Shown: in pieces, positions 1 to 14,636 of the stretch | How the letters are laid out: every line of letters starts with the position of its first letter | Numbering within the stretch: the stretch's first letter is position 1 | NCBI RefSeq assembly: GCF_001194135.2 | Contig: NC_068981.1 | Span: forward strand, 142,559,416 to 142,623,415 | DNA: 64,000 nt | Source: Octopus bimaculoides | Taxonomy: Eukaryota | Direction: 5' to 3' | Program-made: the position numbers and the translations under genes | Notes under the pieces: model-generated | Databases searched by the model: none | What the model was told of the DNA's origin: nothing | The model's input: only the letters and a program-made list of their open reading frames with translations

Positions 1-78
1 AAATTTTTGTAAACAGAGAGTTACTTACGTTTCTTGCATAAATAAAAGAAATTTTATTTAACAAACTGTGACACTAAG

Positions 79-325
79 GACCGAGGTTACCGTGGTCTTT
101 TCGTAGGTTTTTCTTTCCACGGATAACCTCCCCATTTATTGGGAATTTTCTGTATTATTTCGTATTTTTTGTAAATACCCCAAACGTTTTGCGATGTTTT
201 TTTCATCGTTGTCCCCACTTTTGTTTTTTTTTTTCTGCTTTGTTTTCGCCCCCCTCGAAAAGAAAAAGACTCTACATTTGTATTTTGTCCCCTCTGTGTT
301 GAGCCCTGTGTGGCTAATAAAGAAA
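79..325 (+). mobile_element. 3' UTR fragment of Tx1/L1-like LINE (second copy of 24740-25024)
   Basis: Shares GACC(G/A)AGG(T/C)TACCGTGGTCTTTT...CCACGG and TTGAGCCCTGTGTGGCTAATAAA(A)GAAA with 24740-25024; followed by (CTAT)n at 326-346. Confidence 0.75.
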
Positions 326-2137
326 CCTATCTATCTATCTATCAATACATGTGTGCGTGTAATATAATATATAATATATGCGTATGTCCGTATATATAAT
401 TACACACACACACATGTATGTACCCATGGGTTTATGTACATTCTATCAATGAGCTAATAATATTACATTGTACCTTTGTTCCAATTTACACAATATACAT
501 TGCACGAAGCACACCACATAACTTCTTTATGCAGACGTTTATTTGTCTTTTACACTACAACGCGTTTCTATATTTACTGTGTTGATGAAATGTTGATGAG
601 ACAGTTAGTTGGCAATAGAGCTGATTAATGCTATCATAAGTCAAAATAAAATAGCGTTCTCTTGCTTAGTTTTCAATATTGTTGTATCAGATGGTGTTTA
701 TTGGTTAACTGTAGCGAGAATTAAAAAAAATTACGAAGACAGATCAAACGAATGTTGTGATTAATTATTGACTCTGCTTTTCCAAATGGGTTCTAGATCA
801 GTCCAGTCTCTCAACTTGTTTCGCCCATGTCTGTGGCTTACATTGTTTTGTGCATGCACTCTTATTTCAAAGGATATTTTTGTATTTTTATTAATGGTGG
901 AAAAGATTTAGATGCTTACATGAATGTACGTATATAATACAGACTGTGATTTACTAGGGTCGTCAGAAGGACAGATGCAATATCTTGTGTTATGTATTCC
1001 GAACCTCATAGCTTCGAGTTCAAATCGATTCGTGAGTAATAAACATGTATTAATACACAGCGTGGATTGGCTTGAAAGATAAGAACATTAATGTATTAGT
1101 TGTAGATCTTTGGATTCTGAGTTCAAATGACGGCATTGTTTTAATGGGTATTTGATTGAACCCGCCGCACTGTTTAACTCGACGAACTGGTAACTTGCTC
1201 CTATGTAGCGTAATTCCCGTCTGATGCAAGCAATTGCCGGTTTGACAATACATAAAGAAATATTGATAGTCTTCAAAAATTGTTATGAACACATAAACAA
1301 AACAACGTCGATTATGAAGCAATGGGTAATAACCACAGAGCCAAAGACACACACATACACACTCGTACAGAGACAAACACAAAAGAACACACACACACAC
1401 AAACACAAACACACACACACATACACACAAACACACACATACACACACCCACACATATATATATATATACATATATATATATANNNNNNNNNNNNNNNNN
1501 NNNNNNNNNNNNNNNNNNNNNNNNNNNNNNNNNNNNNNNNNNNNNNNNNNNNNNNNNNNNNNNNNNNNNNNNNNNNNNNNNNNNNNNNNNNNNNNNNNNN
1601 NNNNNNNNNNNNNNNNNNNNNNNNNNNNNNNNNNNNNNNNNNNNNNNNNNNNNNNNNNNNNNNNNNNNNNNNNNNNNNNNNNNNNNNNNNNNNNNNNNNN
1701 NNNNNNNNNNNNNNNNNNNNNNNNNNNNNNNNNNNNNNNNNNNNNNNNNNNNNNNNNNNNNNNNNNNNNNNNNNNNNNNNNNNNNNNNNNNNNNNNNNNN
1801 NNNNNNNNNNNNNNNNNNNNNNNNNNNNNNNNNNNNNNNNNNNNNNNNNNNNNNNNNNNNNNNNNNNNNNNNNNNNNNNNNNNATATATACATAAGTATA
1901 TGTATAGAACGCACAAGGCGGATATAAGTATATGTATAGCAGACATAAGCCTAATTAACTCCGTTATTCATGCTAAGATGATATCTCGGGATGCAAACGG
2001 CAATTAATTAGTCTATGAACAATGTAACTGTCTTAAGTAGTATACGTCCATAGCAATTTTAAAATGCATATCGTTTCTGAAGCATATAACATATTTATGC
2101 ATACACACATAAACACGCAGGCACAATTACACACACA

Positions 2138-2169
<32 letters not shown>

Positions 2170-2614
2170 TACACACATGCACACACACACACCCACACAC
2201 ACAAAAAATACACGCATGCACACACACACACATATATGCCTGCATGAGTGTGTGTATGTTTAAATACTTCTACATAGTGAATATCATTGTAATATATATG
2301 GTATTGTGCCAATATAAGTAATCGATACATTAGTGATTTCTTGGTCACCATCCGGACTGCAGTAAAGAAAATCTTTGTGGTATATGTCTTACATTTAAGG
2401 CCCACTGGAATTGACCATTTTCACAGTAATAATGCTTTTATTGAATATAAAATTAAGTTTGTAAATTCAAATTGCAAACGTATGCCACACTCCATTAATG
2501 AAATTGACGTAAGTGAAAGTCAGAATTCCTCTGTGATCTAGCCTAAGGGTAGTCATTTATATACCACCGGGCAAAATATTTATATAGATAAAATCATATA
2601 TCTTATATCTTGGC

Positions 2615-3420
2615 TCTTAGATTTTGTAGTGCTGTTGGCATTACCGCCAACGGACCTTCTCCAAAACATTCGTAGTGCTTGCCTTCTTACTGGCTTCAAT
2701 TGGGCTAAGCCAAATTACTATCATGTTGTCTCAGAACGTACTGCACCTGGTCTTCTTTGATCTCCAGCACGGTCTTTTCTATTCTACATCATCACGACGG
2801 TGGCATGCATGTTCCTCCTGAGGCAATTGATGTGCATGACCAGTAAACCATAATCACTGCTTAGTTACAATGTACTGCAAACTTCGCATGGCACTTCTAT
2901 TCCTTCATCTCTTTATTTCACAAATTTCGTTTCACATTCTGCCCAGGATTGAACGTAGGCAGCGTCCATCAATTGAGAAATATTTTGCTCTGTTCTTCCA
3001 ATTTTAACAGACGTAAATGTTTTTGGTATAACAATATATTGTGTATAGATGTAGTTATCTCACTTTCATAGTAATAGTCTTAGGTCTCCGTATTGGACGA
3101 AAACAGTGGAATACTGACGTTGCTTTGCCTGTTCTATTGTTGACTTCAAATTCCGCGTCACAGTTTTGAAAAAAACTGCTTCTGATACATTTAATCTTAT
3201 TAAAGTAGTTCATTGTGTCCCAGGAGTGTAGTCCCAAGTTTGATAAGTTGTGCATAGGCTCCACTAATTGGAATGGTTTCGGTCTTTTTAACGCTAATTC
3301 GTAGACGCACTCTCGCTTCTAAACTGTATGAGCATCTGTTATTGCCTGCTCTGCATCGTTTATCTGTTATTGTCTTTGTTGGAGCTTAGGAAAGCCAAGT
3401 CGACTGCGAAATAAAAATCA
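2615..3420 (-). mobile_element. Degraded RTE-clade LINE, RT C-terminal half to 3' end
   Basis: Minus-strand translation in broken frames gives FAVDLAFLS (degenerate YADD region), RISVKKTET, CDAEFEVNNRTGKATSVF..PIRRPKTITMKVR, RCLRSILG and LWFTGH, in the canonical RTE order. Confidence 0.75.
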
Positions 3421-6357
3421 TTCAGTTTGCCCCGTCCCAGTCCCCACATTAATCCAAAACTGATATTTTGCTGTAGCTTCTACATCAGGAACAGAAACAG
3501 CTACAAGGTGCAACCTTGTCTCACTCAACCTATTGTAATTTTATGTGTTATATGTTTTAATTTTTATAGTTTTATTCAGATTGAAATATTTTTACTTGCT
3601 TTTCACTGAAAACTATTATAAGCACTATGTTAACCTAGTTAGCCCTCTATACTACACATACCACCTCATATTTATTTAAAAAATAATACTTTAATACGTT
3701 TGAAGTAACTTATGTTTGAGCTTTAGGCAAAACGTACGTTGAAATCGCAGTTTAACTATTCTACATTATTCTTCACTCTTGTCTGTTATTAAATAAAATG
3801 ATTTATCGGAACAATAATGCTATTATACGCGCCCTATTTAACTTATGTATATGTAAGTACAATTTTTTTAGATCTCAACTCAGAGATGCTAAAGTCATGC
3901 TAGCAAAAGACGTGAAACTTACTTTTAGTATGGCATTAATAATAATAGCATTAATAAAAATTTCTCATGCCATATGAGAACGTTTATTTTTCTTGTAATG
4001 GTCCACGCAATATCGATTTTATTAGTGCAAAATTACAATGTACCAGTTTACACTTGTCATATTGGCATAACTATACCCATATACAATCAAATTTCAATTT
4101 AGATTTTATTCCTGTAGATTCAGTCTTCCAGTTCATTTTGTTTTGAGAAAGTTTAGCAGCTGAAATAACCTTAATATAATCACCGCAACAATAACTATCC
4201 TAATTAGCTTAACGACAAATCTCAAACACTCTTATAAGTTTTATGGCGTTATGGAGGAGGGAAAAAGTAACGATTCGGTGATGAAGTGTCGACAGGTACA
4301 TTTCCTTCTCAATAGCTCTTCATCTTCCCTTCTACGTTTATCAAATCCTCCGGTGTTTATTTAATGTCCTACATGCTCTGATCCCTACCCTATGCCTTCA
4401 CTAACAATTTTAACCTTTTCTCCAATCTCAGGCGAAGATTACATTTTTTTAGTACATATTTTTCACATTGCAATCTTTGCATTTCTTGTTTGAAGAAGAG
4501 CGTCACAGATGTGCTGAGAATTGGCTATTAATAACAGAAGGTTATACAACAAACGCTTCAAATAAGCAACTATCACAATACAGTAAAAGGTAAGATATTC
4601 GGACAAATAATCCATACATTTTCTGTGTAATATCCTGATATTTCTTGAATTATAAACCACAAAGTACATGCACTTTATTCTGAATACCACAGAATTAAAA
4701 TTATGTCTCAAGCTACTGCCATCTAGCGCCTTCAGATGATCTCTACTCAACCGCTACACAACTGCTACTCGACTGCTACTCAACACTCCTACCACGGCCA
4801 GACTACCTCTATTTATGTGTCTTGGGAGATCCTACTTCTTCACCTGGGGGCGTCGACACAACATAAATGTAGATGGTGCATCACTACATAAATCTTAGAG
4901 AAACCATTACATTGGAGTCTGATATAAATTGTAACGACTCATTTATTTGCTATTTATCTATAATTCGGTGTTTGGAGAATACTTCCTTAATGTACATGAA
5001 ACAACGAACCTCAAAACGTCATAATATCTAATATACTCAACAGGCATTCAATACACACTCTGATATAATTACTCACAAAAACATTGTATATTTGCATAAT
5101 TTACACCTCTCATGCAGAATCGATAAACTGTAATTAAATATCATTACGGTATTAAAGGAATTCGCGGTAGTTTCTAGATCTAAACCATACTAGCGTTGGC
5201 TGTGTATACCTTATATCTTCTGATTGGCAAACACAACAACATTTCTTCCAGTAAACCACCAGAATTTATACACATAATTTTGTGACCGTTTCAAAATGAA
5301 ATTGTTTGATCAACTAAACCAGATTAGCATGTAGATAGCTAAAAATTCTACGGGCACGTGTCTCTATAACGGAATTCTGAAGCAATATCAGTGTAACACA
5401 ATACATGGCAAGGTTTGATATTTTGAATTATAATTATAATCTACGCGACAGGAATCCATTTACATTTTAGCAAATTTTATTCATAAATCTTATATCAACT
5501 TGCACCAGGTAACTTTTGAGACAATGTTAGTAAATGTATTTTTGTTTCCATAAAAATTACTGTCCATTTCTCCGCTCAGTAGAAATATCTGTAAAAGATA
5601 CCTCATACCATACATTTTATTACCCTAAAGTCATGACACCTGAGATAATTTTTTTCTGTGAATCTTATATTCACCTAAATGTTAAGAGTCTTAAAGAGAG
5701 ATTGCTTTTGATAAGTCTGTGCGATGTGGGTTGATATTGGATTGGGCAGCAACAAACACAATCAATTTACGCGGGACTATTTGTTAAAAAAAGCTGCCAA
5801 AACATTCTTTAAAATTAACGACAGTCAAAATTAAAAATGAATAAATAAAATATCTGCTTTTCTCCTTATCAGTAATAAAAGAAAATATATCCTAATCAAG
5901 ATTCATAAAATATTTGATTTATTCATTTAAACATATAAATATTCATACAACGCAAATCATTTCCCAATAAATAAGAAATCAGTTTTAACACAGTACAGAA
6001 ATAAACATATTTAGCAATATTTACAATTGACAAGCTACTACCCATATTCAGTTTATTCATTAGGACATACATGTAGAAATTCCTAATTAACAATAAATCA
6101 GTTTAAGCAAATAATAAATTTTATAAAAAACACATACAACCCTATGACTCGCCTTCACATCCTCCACTTCCTGCTTCATAATCATGTCTACAATATGTTT
6201 CTGAGCAAGCATGAACTTTAATCACATTCCCCATAAATTTACAAGTGTTTGCCAACGAAATATCAGATGTAACACACCATATTACCCCCAATTCGCTCCA
6301 TCACCATCATTGTAAAAATAAAAATAAAAGCAACAAAAGCAACAACTGAAAAACTGC

Positions 6358-6413
<56 letters not shown>

Positions 6414-8439
6414 ACTTCATAATCATTACTCTTATTAGGATGGAACAAAAATATTCCAAGAGATCTGTTTACTATACTTCATATGAGGAAAATATCAATA
6501 TTGTACATTGGCGCAAGGCCAACAGTCTGTGGCTTAATATTAATTAGACCACAATATATGTCTGCTATCTATTTCCGTGACTAACAGTAAATTGGTGATA
6601 AAATATTTACAAAAGCGGAAGTAATGCATGATATATAGGGGGACGTTTTAGAATTTCTTTACTAACGGTCTCTTTCAGCAGGATATATTCCTATATTGAT
6701 TCCTCAATTTCCATAAGAGCAAGAGCGTCGTTAATTTTTTTTTTTTTTTATCCCAGCCACTGTGCTCCAAATAAATAAGGAATTCGGTGCCACTTCTAAT
6801 TACTTAGGGTTTATAAATACCTTCCGAATACAGGATGATTCCAGCTGGATTTCTAATGATGTACACTGAAGTATATACCAAACTAGTGCTAATTATAATC
6901 CTTTTGCACACCCAGCGAAGCAATATATACTATGACTGCTGCATTGTATTAGAAGGTGAATCCGTCTCCAAACTTACACTGAGTTTTCTTGAAACCAATT
7001 TCTGCGAGAATGCGAGGGTCAACAAAAATCTATAGTAGAATACACTTGTCAAAATGCAAGGCTCCGCAATTAAACCCAGAATATAATGATTGCAAATCGA
7101 ATTTGTCAACTATTCAGTCATAGTGGGATTTTCTCTGTGTGCACGTATTCGTATCTTTATACGCATGTTTGTATGTATGAAAGTGCATACGTTAGTGCGT
7201 ATGTATGTTTATATACGTGCGTGTTTATCGAAGAGGTATATGGGTGTAAGTTTTAATAATGTCAGTAGTCCCCAAATTTTGTGACCTGGAAAAACAGACG
7301 CATTTAATTTTATATAAAAGAAAGTGTTTAAAAGCAAATTTCTCTTCCATTATTATTTGAACGTTCAAAATAATTTATTTGGATTCATATCATTAAATGA
7401 TAACCCGATAGACAGTCGTAATTTGATTGATCAATAATCTTCCATTTGAATTAATTAATAAAATGTGTACATTCGCGCATGCACGGGTGTGCGCGCGTCT
7501 CTATATGCATGCCTTTACTTGTCCATTTATACACAGACTCACACAAAAATAAACAGACTAATACATATGAATTAGAGCGTGTGTATGTGTATGTGTGTGT
7601 GTGTCTGTGTGTGTGTATGTGTGTGTGCGTGCGTGTGTGCATGCCTATATGTTTCTCAGCTACGCTTGCACAACATGAACTTTTTAATGAATATTCGATT
7701 TTGTATCTTCGTTGATTTTTTGCTTTTCACTCTTACTTCATTACGTTATATATGCAGACCCAATGGAAAGCGGAGCAAAAGACTGGAACATTGTCAACAA
7801 TTACAGAAACAGCATTTTTTTTTTTTTTTTTTTTTGCAATAAAAATAAAATGAGATAGCTAGGAGAATAAATGTTAAAACCTCAATATCAGCAGCATAAG
7901 CAGCCGCAACAACAATCACAACAGCAATAACTTCAACCATTGTAGTTATAGTAACATTAAAAGCAACAAATGAGTCATCAACGATGACGGAAATACCAGC
8001 AAAAAATTTTTTTTTAACAAACGAATAAACAAACACACTACTTCTAGCAAACTTTGACGAAGAAAAAATAAAAAATAAATAAATAATGATGCAGAAAAAC
8101 AAAGAAAAAAGAAAGAGGACAAAGTTACTAAAGAACAGCAGCCAAAGTAACAACATGCATTTATACAAGCAACAACTAAATCAACAAGAGTAGCAAAAGA
8201 AAAATGCAAGATTTTTTTAATGAAGCCAATCAATGGAAATATCGTGAGTTAAAAGCAGAAAAAAAAAAGACCTAAAATTGATGACAGCAACAATAACATC
8301 GAGTTCGCCAACAACATTAAAAAACACGAAGAATTGAAAAAAAAAAGCAGAGGTACCATAGTATTAACAACGGCAAAATATCAGTATACATAACATGTGC
8401 AAAAAGTGGAAATTAAACAAAGAGAAAAAAGTGACGCAG

Positions 8440-8472
<33 letters not shown>

Positions 8473-8736
8473 GTTCAGTAGTTTTATCTTTATAACGTGC
8501 TTTCACTTCACTACCGAGCGCAGCTCTGTGCGCCTTGGGTATGTGCTGTGGTTTGCTGTGGTGCTCTTATGTTTACTGTATTGAAAGTGTTTTGCGTAGA
8601 ATGTGTGCAGTACCCAGTAGTGCAATTTTCTGTATGTTATATATATTTGTAAGTCATGGTGTTTTTGTTATGTATTTGTCTGAATATATTTTTATTATAC
8701 CTAAGGCACGTACTACGATAGGAATTGTTTCTGTTT
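8473..8736 (-). mobile_element. 5'-truncated R4/Dong-type non-LTR retrotransposon, copy A (ORF C-terminus plus about 100 nt 3' UTR)
   Basis: Minus strand reads KTETIPIVVRALGIIK...IQKIALLGTAHILRKTLSIQ* (stop 8573-8575); GCGCA/TGCGC hairpin in the 3' UTR; (TAA)n on both sides. Confidence 0.85.
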
Positions 8737-8752
8737 ATTATTATTATTATTA

Positions 8753-8816
<64 letters not shown>

Positions 8817-8833
8817 CATTATTATTATTATTA

Positions 8834-10157
8834 TTCAGTAGTTTTATTTCTATAACGAGCCTTCACTTNNNNNNNNNNNNNNNNNNNNNNNNNNNNNNNN
8901 NNNNNNNNNNNNNNNNNNNNNNNNNNNNNNNNNNNNNNNNNNNNNNNNNNNNNNNNNNNNNNNNNNNNNNNNNNNNNNNNNNNNNNNNNNNNNNNNNNNN
9001 NNNNNNNNNNNNNNNNNNNNNNNNNNNNNNNNNNNNNNNNNNNNNNNNNNNNNNNNNNNNNNNNNNNNNNNNNNNNNNNNNNNNNNNNNNNNNNNNNNNN
9101 NNNNNNNNNNNNNNNNNNNNNNNNNNNNNNNNNNNNNNNNNNNNNNNNNNNNNNNNNNNNNNNNNNNNNNNNNNNNNNNNNNNNNNNNNNNNNNNNNNNN
9201 NNNNNNNNNNNNNNNNNNNNNNNNNNNNNNNNNNNNNNNNNNNNNNNNNNNNNNNNNNNNNNNNNNNNNNNNNNNNNNNNNNNNNNNNNNNNNNNNNNNN
9301 NNNNNNNNNNNNNNNNNNNNNNNNNNNNNNNNNNNNNNNNNNNNNNNNNNNNNNNNNNNNNNNNNNNNNNNNNNNNNNNNNNNNNNNNNNNNNNNNNNNN
9401 NNNNNNNNNNNNNNNNNNNNNNNNNNNNNNNNGGGCACCTACGACAATAGGGATTGTTTTAGTCTTCAGGTTCCACATTTTGCTAATTTCTATTTCAAGA
9501 TCTTTATATTTGCTCAGTTTTTGGTAGGTCTTGACAGATACGTTTATATCGATTGGGACAGTCATATCAATGAGGAGGCATGATTTTTGTCTGAAGTCTT
9601 TCAGTATGATGTCTGGCCTATATGCATCTATCTTTCTGTCAGTTTGAATGGTCAAGTTCCAGAGGAGTGCGATGTGATCATTTTCAAGTACTGGAGGTGG
9701 TTTGTGTTCCCACCAGTTTTTATCATGGGACAAGTCCAGGTTTTTGCATATTGCCCAGTGAATATATTGTGCAGCTCTATGATGCCTGTTGAGATACTTT
9801 GTAGGTGCAAGCAGACTGCGCATGGAGATAACATGATCGATGGTCTCATTTTGTTGTTGGCATATACGATATAATGGGGAGCTGCCGTTCTTTAATATGT
9901 TGGCCTGGTAGTTCTTTGTAGGTTCGGCATTGATCTTGAGCTGCTATGATAAACCCCTCTGTTTCTGGTTTCAAGCCAGAGGCCATTAGCCATTGCTGGC
10001 TAAGGGCTTTGTCAATATCTGCATTATTCGCTCTCTTTGGGTATTCTCCATTGAGAGGTTTTCCATGCCATTTATCAGTCATAATATCTAAAGCAGCAAT
10101 TTTAACACGGGTTTTCAAGCTCTTGGTTTTTTTCTGCGAGTGTTTCTAGTTCGTCTA
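8834..10157 (-). mobile_element. 5'-truncated R4/Dong-type RLE LINE, copy B (zinc-knuckle region plus restriction-like endonuclease), interrupted by an assembly gap
   Basis: ORFs 9846-10118 (WHGKPLNG...GLKPETEGFIIAAQDQ) and 8831-9823 (RHHRAAQYIHW...ALLWNLTIQTDRKIDAYRPDIILKD...LIDMTVP...KLSKYKDLEIEISKMW...IPIVVGA; RPD..D..K RLE motif); 3' end at 8834-8868 matches the copy A 3' end; frameshifted near 9846. Confidence 0.9.
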
Positions 10158-10219
<62 letters not shown>

Positions 10220-10916
10220 GTTGTTGTTGTTTTTTTTCCTTCTTTCTTCAAATTTTCTTCNNNNNNNNNNNNNNNNNNNNNNNNNNNNNNNNNNNNNNNN
10301 NNNNNNNNNNNNNNNNNNNNNNNNNNNNNNNNNNNNNNNNNNNNNNNNNNNNNNNNNNNNNNNNNNNNNNNNNNNNNNNNNNNNNNNNNNNNNNNNNNNN
10401 NNNNNNNNNNNNNNNNNNNNNNNNNNNNNNNNNNNNNNNNNNNNNNNNNNNNNNNNNNNNNNNNNNNNNNNNNNNNNNNNNNNNNNNNNNNNNNNNNNNN
10501 NNNNNNNNNNNNNNNNNNNNNNNNNNNNNNNNNNNNNNNNNNNNNNNNNNNNNNNNNNNNNNNNNNNNNNNNNNNNNNNNNNNNNNNNNNNNNNNNNNNN
10601 NNNNNNNNNNNNNNNNNNNNNNNNNNNNNNNNNNNNNNNNNNNNNNNNNNNNNNNNNNNNNNNNNNNNNNNNNNNNNNNNNNNNNNNNNNNNNNNNNNNN
10701 NNNNNNNNNNNNNNNNNNNNNNNNNNNNNNNNNNNNNNNNNNNNNNNNNNNNNNNNNNNNNNNNNNNNNNNNNNNNNNNNNNNNNNNNNNNNNNNNNNNN
10801 NNNNNNNNNNNNNNNNNNNNNNNNNNNNNNNNNNNNNNNNNNNNNNNNNNNNNNNNNNNNNNNNNNNNNNNNNNNNNNNNNNNNNNNNNNNNNNNNNNNN
10901 NNNNNNNNNNNNNNNN

Positions 10917-10956
<40 letters not shown>

Positions 10957-11529
10957 GTTGTTGTTATTATTATCATTATATTTTTAAAAAGATTGACGTG
11001 ACTCTTCACGAAGGTAAACAGTCAAGACGAAGAGCGCGATTCGATCGTAAGATATTTTATTAGTTGAACGATATTTCAACAGTACGTCTGTCATTGTCAA
11101 ATTCAAAATAAGAATTGATAAGAATTCAAAATTACAGAAATTTAAACGTAAAGTATGAACGAGAGCAACCAGCGTCCATACGTTGATGGAATGTCATCAT
11201 GAGTTTTTAAGTTACAATTTTATATCAGGCGGAAAGAAAAAGACAGAAAAAATAGAAGAAAGAAGACGACAGAAAAAAAAGGAAGGAAAAAGAGAGAAAG
11301 AAGAATATTCAATCAAAGTGTTTTGTATACATTTGATGATATTCTCTTGTCATCTTATTCATTCCTCCAGGGCGAGGTGTTAATAACCCGCAAATATTTT
11401 GACTGATGTAAAACCTTCACATTTTCGATTTTCTTACTTACTTTGAGGAAGGTGACACTAGTCTCTAATATAACAAAGATCAACTTGCAGCAGAAATCCA
11501 GCCCAGGTACAATCTTATGTATGGTAATA

Positions 11530-12190
11530 TGACAGTTACTTCTCCCTAAATATGTTGGTTACGAGGTGTTCTATGTTCTCTGTAGAAGATTTGGAGTGCA
11601 TGAATGCACGGGCTTCCCTCTTGAACAGGATCATCAGACTCCGGAATTGCTTCGCCCTTGTCAGATGGTATATATCCACCCATTTTGATTTTGAGAGCAG
11701 CTACCACTTGGACATGAGTCGCTAGTCCCAGGTGTCTGGTTTAGTCGATATAGCTTGTCAAGGAGAAAGTGTATAGGATACAGGTTACCAGGTTTTAGCA
11801 GCAAAGGATTTAATGACAACTCTCCAGAAGACGGTGGCGTTACGTTACCCTTTAACCTGAAGGAAGAGTCTTATGTCCACATGCCGACTACCGCTCCAAG
11901 ACGATTTAAGAAAGGACGAATTTTACCGGCATTGGCACCAATTTTGTTAGTGCCATAGTTTAATCAATCTGTAGAGTAAGTGAATGTTAGGAGCACCTCC
12001 ATCCTATGAAGAAGACTACTGTAGTGACCAAGACTGATTTTCGCTGTCAGGATCACATCTCCCGTCCTACTGGCAAAAGTACATATCCTGGAGATGAAAA
12101 CCAACTTCAGAAGCAGTTGAAATGCACAGTAACTTTTGCATCAACATCGCTAAGAACAACTATCATGAAGGGCCATGCTAATGTCAGGGA
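11530..12190 (-). mobile_element. Possible highly degraded LINE 3' region (RNase H-like and C-terminal Zn-finger-like remnants)
   Basis: GC-richer island; minus-strand fragments VILTAKISL and TLQID*..YGTNKIGANAGK loosely resemble LINE RNase H motifs; many stops. Confidence 0.3.
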
Positions 12191-12927
12191 TATAAGTATT
12201 TGCTTTTATTAGGATTTTACTCTTGTAGAATCGAGAGTGGTACATGTACTTTCACAATGACGCGCATCCGTCTAGTGACTTTCAGCCCAAGAACACATAA
12301 ACGCTTTCAAGCGTACAAATATATGTCCATATGCATACAGAAAAATACGTATATGCATAGACTGATAAATTCAAATATTTATGCATGCATACAGGCAATC
12401 GCATATTTGCATCATAATTATACGTCTTAGCAACATAGGATATGCTTCAATTTAAGAGTAATAACCTGCGTTATATAGGAAGGTAGTCTTTGTTAACCGT
12501 GATAGATAATGGTATCAATTTCTATGTATTTCATAATGATGTGTAAAGAGGTGAAGAAAATTAAGTAAGCTGATCAGACTTAGAGTACATTACAAAATTA
12601 ATAAAAGGAAATGAAAAAGCTTCTGCTGAATGTTTGTAGACATAGCAATCAGTCATCCCTCTTATTACAACCGACGACTGTAAAGATAACAAGCGTCAAT
12701 GCTTAATGTAATGCTAGGCATATAGTTGAAAAATGCATAAGGCTATGTGAACATTACTGAAACTCATCCGTCATAAATCTTCTCGATCAGGACTGATTTG
12801 GGTCGGCAATTCATACAAAATATTCTAATATTTCTATAGTTATTGCCATAAACATTTATTCCTAACAATGCTAAATTGACTGTTTCCATTCTGCTACAAT
12901 ACATTCAATAAAGCGAGTTTGAATAAC

Positions 12928-13002
12928 CTTGTGGTTAGGACGTTACACTCACAATATGAAGATCGCGGTTTCAATAAAAAGACCGGGTAGTGTATTGTGG
13001 TC
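12928..13002 (+). mobile_element. tRNA-derived SINE head, degenerate
   Basis: GTGGTTAGG A-box-like and GGTTTCAAT B-box-like at tRNA spacing, followed by GACCGGGTAGTGTATTGTG. Confidence 0.5.
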
Positions 13003-13716
13003 CGCGATGACTTCGGTACCCGACGGTGGTAGACTGTGCATCTGTATAGACACTGTCAATCTGATGGAGGGTGTAAGCTAACGTACTGCAGAAACATTTG
13101 ATCACTATAAACAAATCATTTGTGCAGAACTGTCTTTTACGGACTACGGGAGATACCATCATCACCATTATCATTCAATAACATTTATTAAATCTTACTC
13201 TTTGATAATTTCTAGATTAATGTTGTTTAATAATAAACCGAAATTTCAGTTTATTCAGAACATATTAAAATATCAACGTTTATTTTTCTATTTCCAATAA
13301 CATTTTAAGAAACTATACCTAATCTCTTCGCCTCTTCCAAGTGTATAAACATAGCATAAGATAGAATTCTTTTGTTGGAAAGATCTGTTTTACTTTTAAT
13401 TAAATAAACGAGAAAATTAAAAAAGAAAATATCTAACGTCTCTGTACACAAAATGGTTGTTATATTTTAAATATTTATGACACTAGCAGTTAGCAAGCTT
13501 CGTAATAAAATTATTTATACCAGCGATGATATGCAGTTATTTTCAAACTGAATGGCTTTATTTCTCATTGCAAAATATAACATTATCTAAGGGAGATTTT
13601 ATGTTGAAGTCACACAACCTAACAGATAGATAGCTTTAAAGAAGAAACCAATCCTGTAGAAATCAAATTTTCTAAACTCAAAATCCTCTCAAGTACCATG
13701 ATATAAGTCTTTCAGC

Positions 13717-13804
<88 letters not shown>

Positions 13805-14410
13805 TAATAATAATATTATCATCATAATCAACATCATCATAATCATTATCCTTATAATTATCATCATGGTCGTCATGATTTGGTTCCTATTGCATGAAAG
13901 TGCATATTGCCTATATTCATTGAAACATCGATTCAAAAATAGGTGAAAATCCCAAACATGCTCAGTTGAAACATTTGTGTTTGTAAATTGAAGATGAAGA
14001 ATTGAATTGACTTGGATAGGTATAACATAGCTTAATCCGACGAAACAGAAATATAGGTATTTAAATTAGTAATAACAAGAAAATATATTTTATTATTAAC
14101 AATATATATTATCTCATTAATTTGAATTTGCATGATTTCCACATATACGGGGACCTGTATATACGATGTCAGAAGCAATTTATGTATATTTCCAAAGTAA
14201 TAAGCAATCCCTTGACATGGTTTATACGGAATATGAAATCTAACCACCATTGAAATGAAAAAAACAAAATAGTGAAACAATATTTTAAAACATATATCGA
14301 TATGCATAAAAGCAGAAAGGCCGCCAGCAATGATTTCAACTTCTCATCATATAATTATGCATGAATGTACGACTGCAAACGCGCACACCTAAGTACACAC
14401 GCATGTACAT

Positions 14411-14501
<91 letters not shown>

Positions 14502-14558
14502 GACATATACTATAGGGATATAGATATATACATACATATATATCTGTATATATGTATG

Positions 14559-14636
<78 letters not shown>

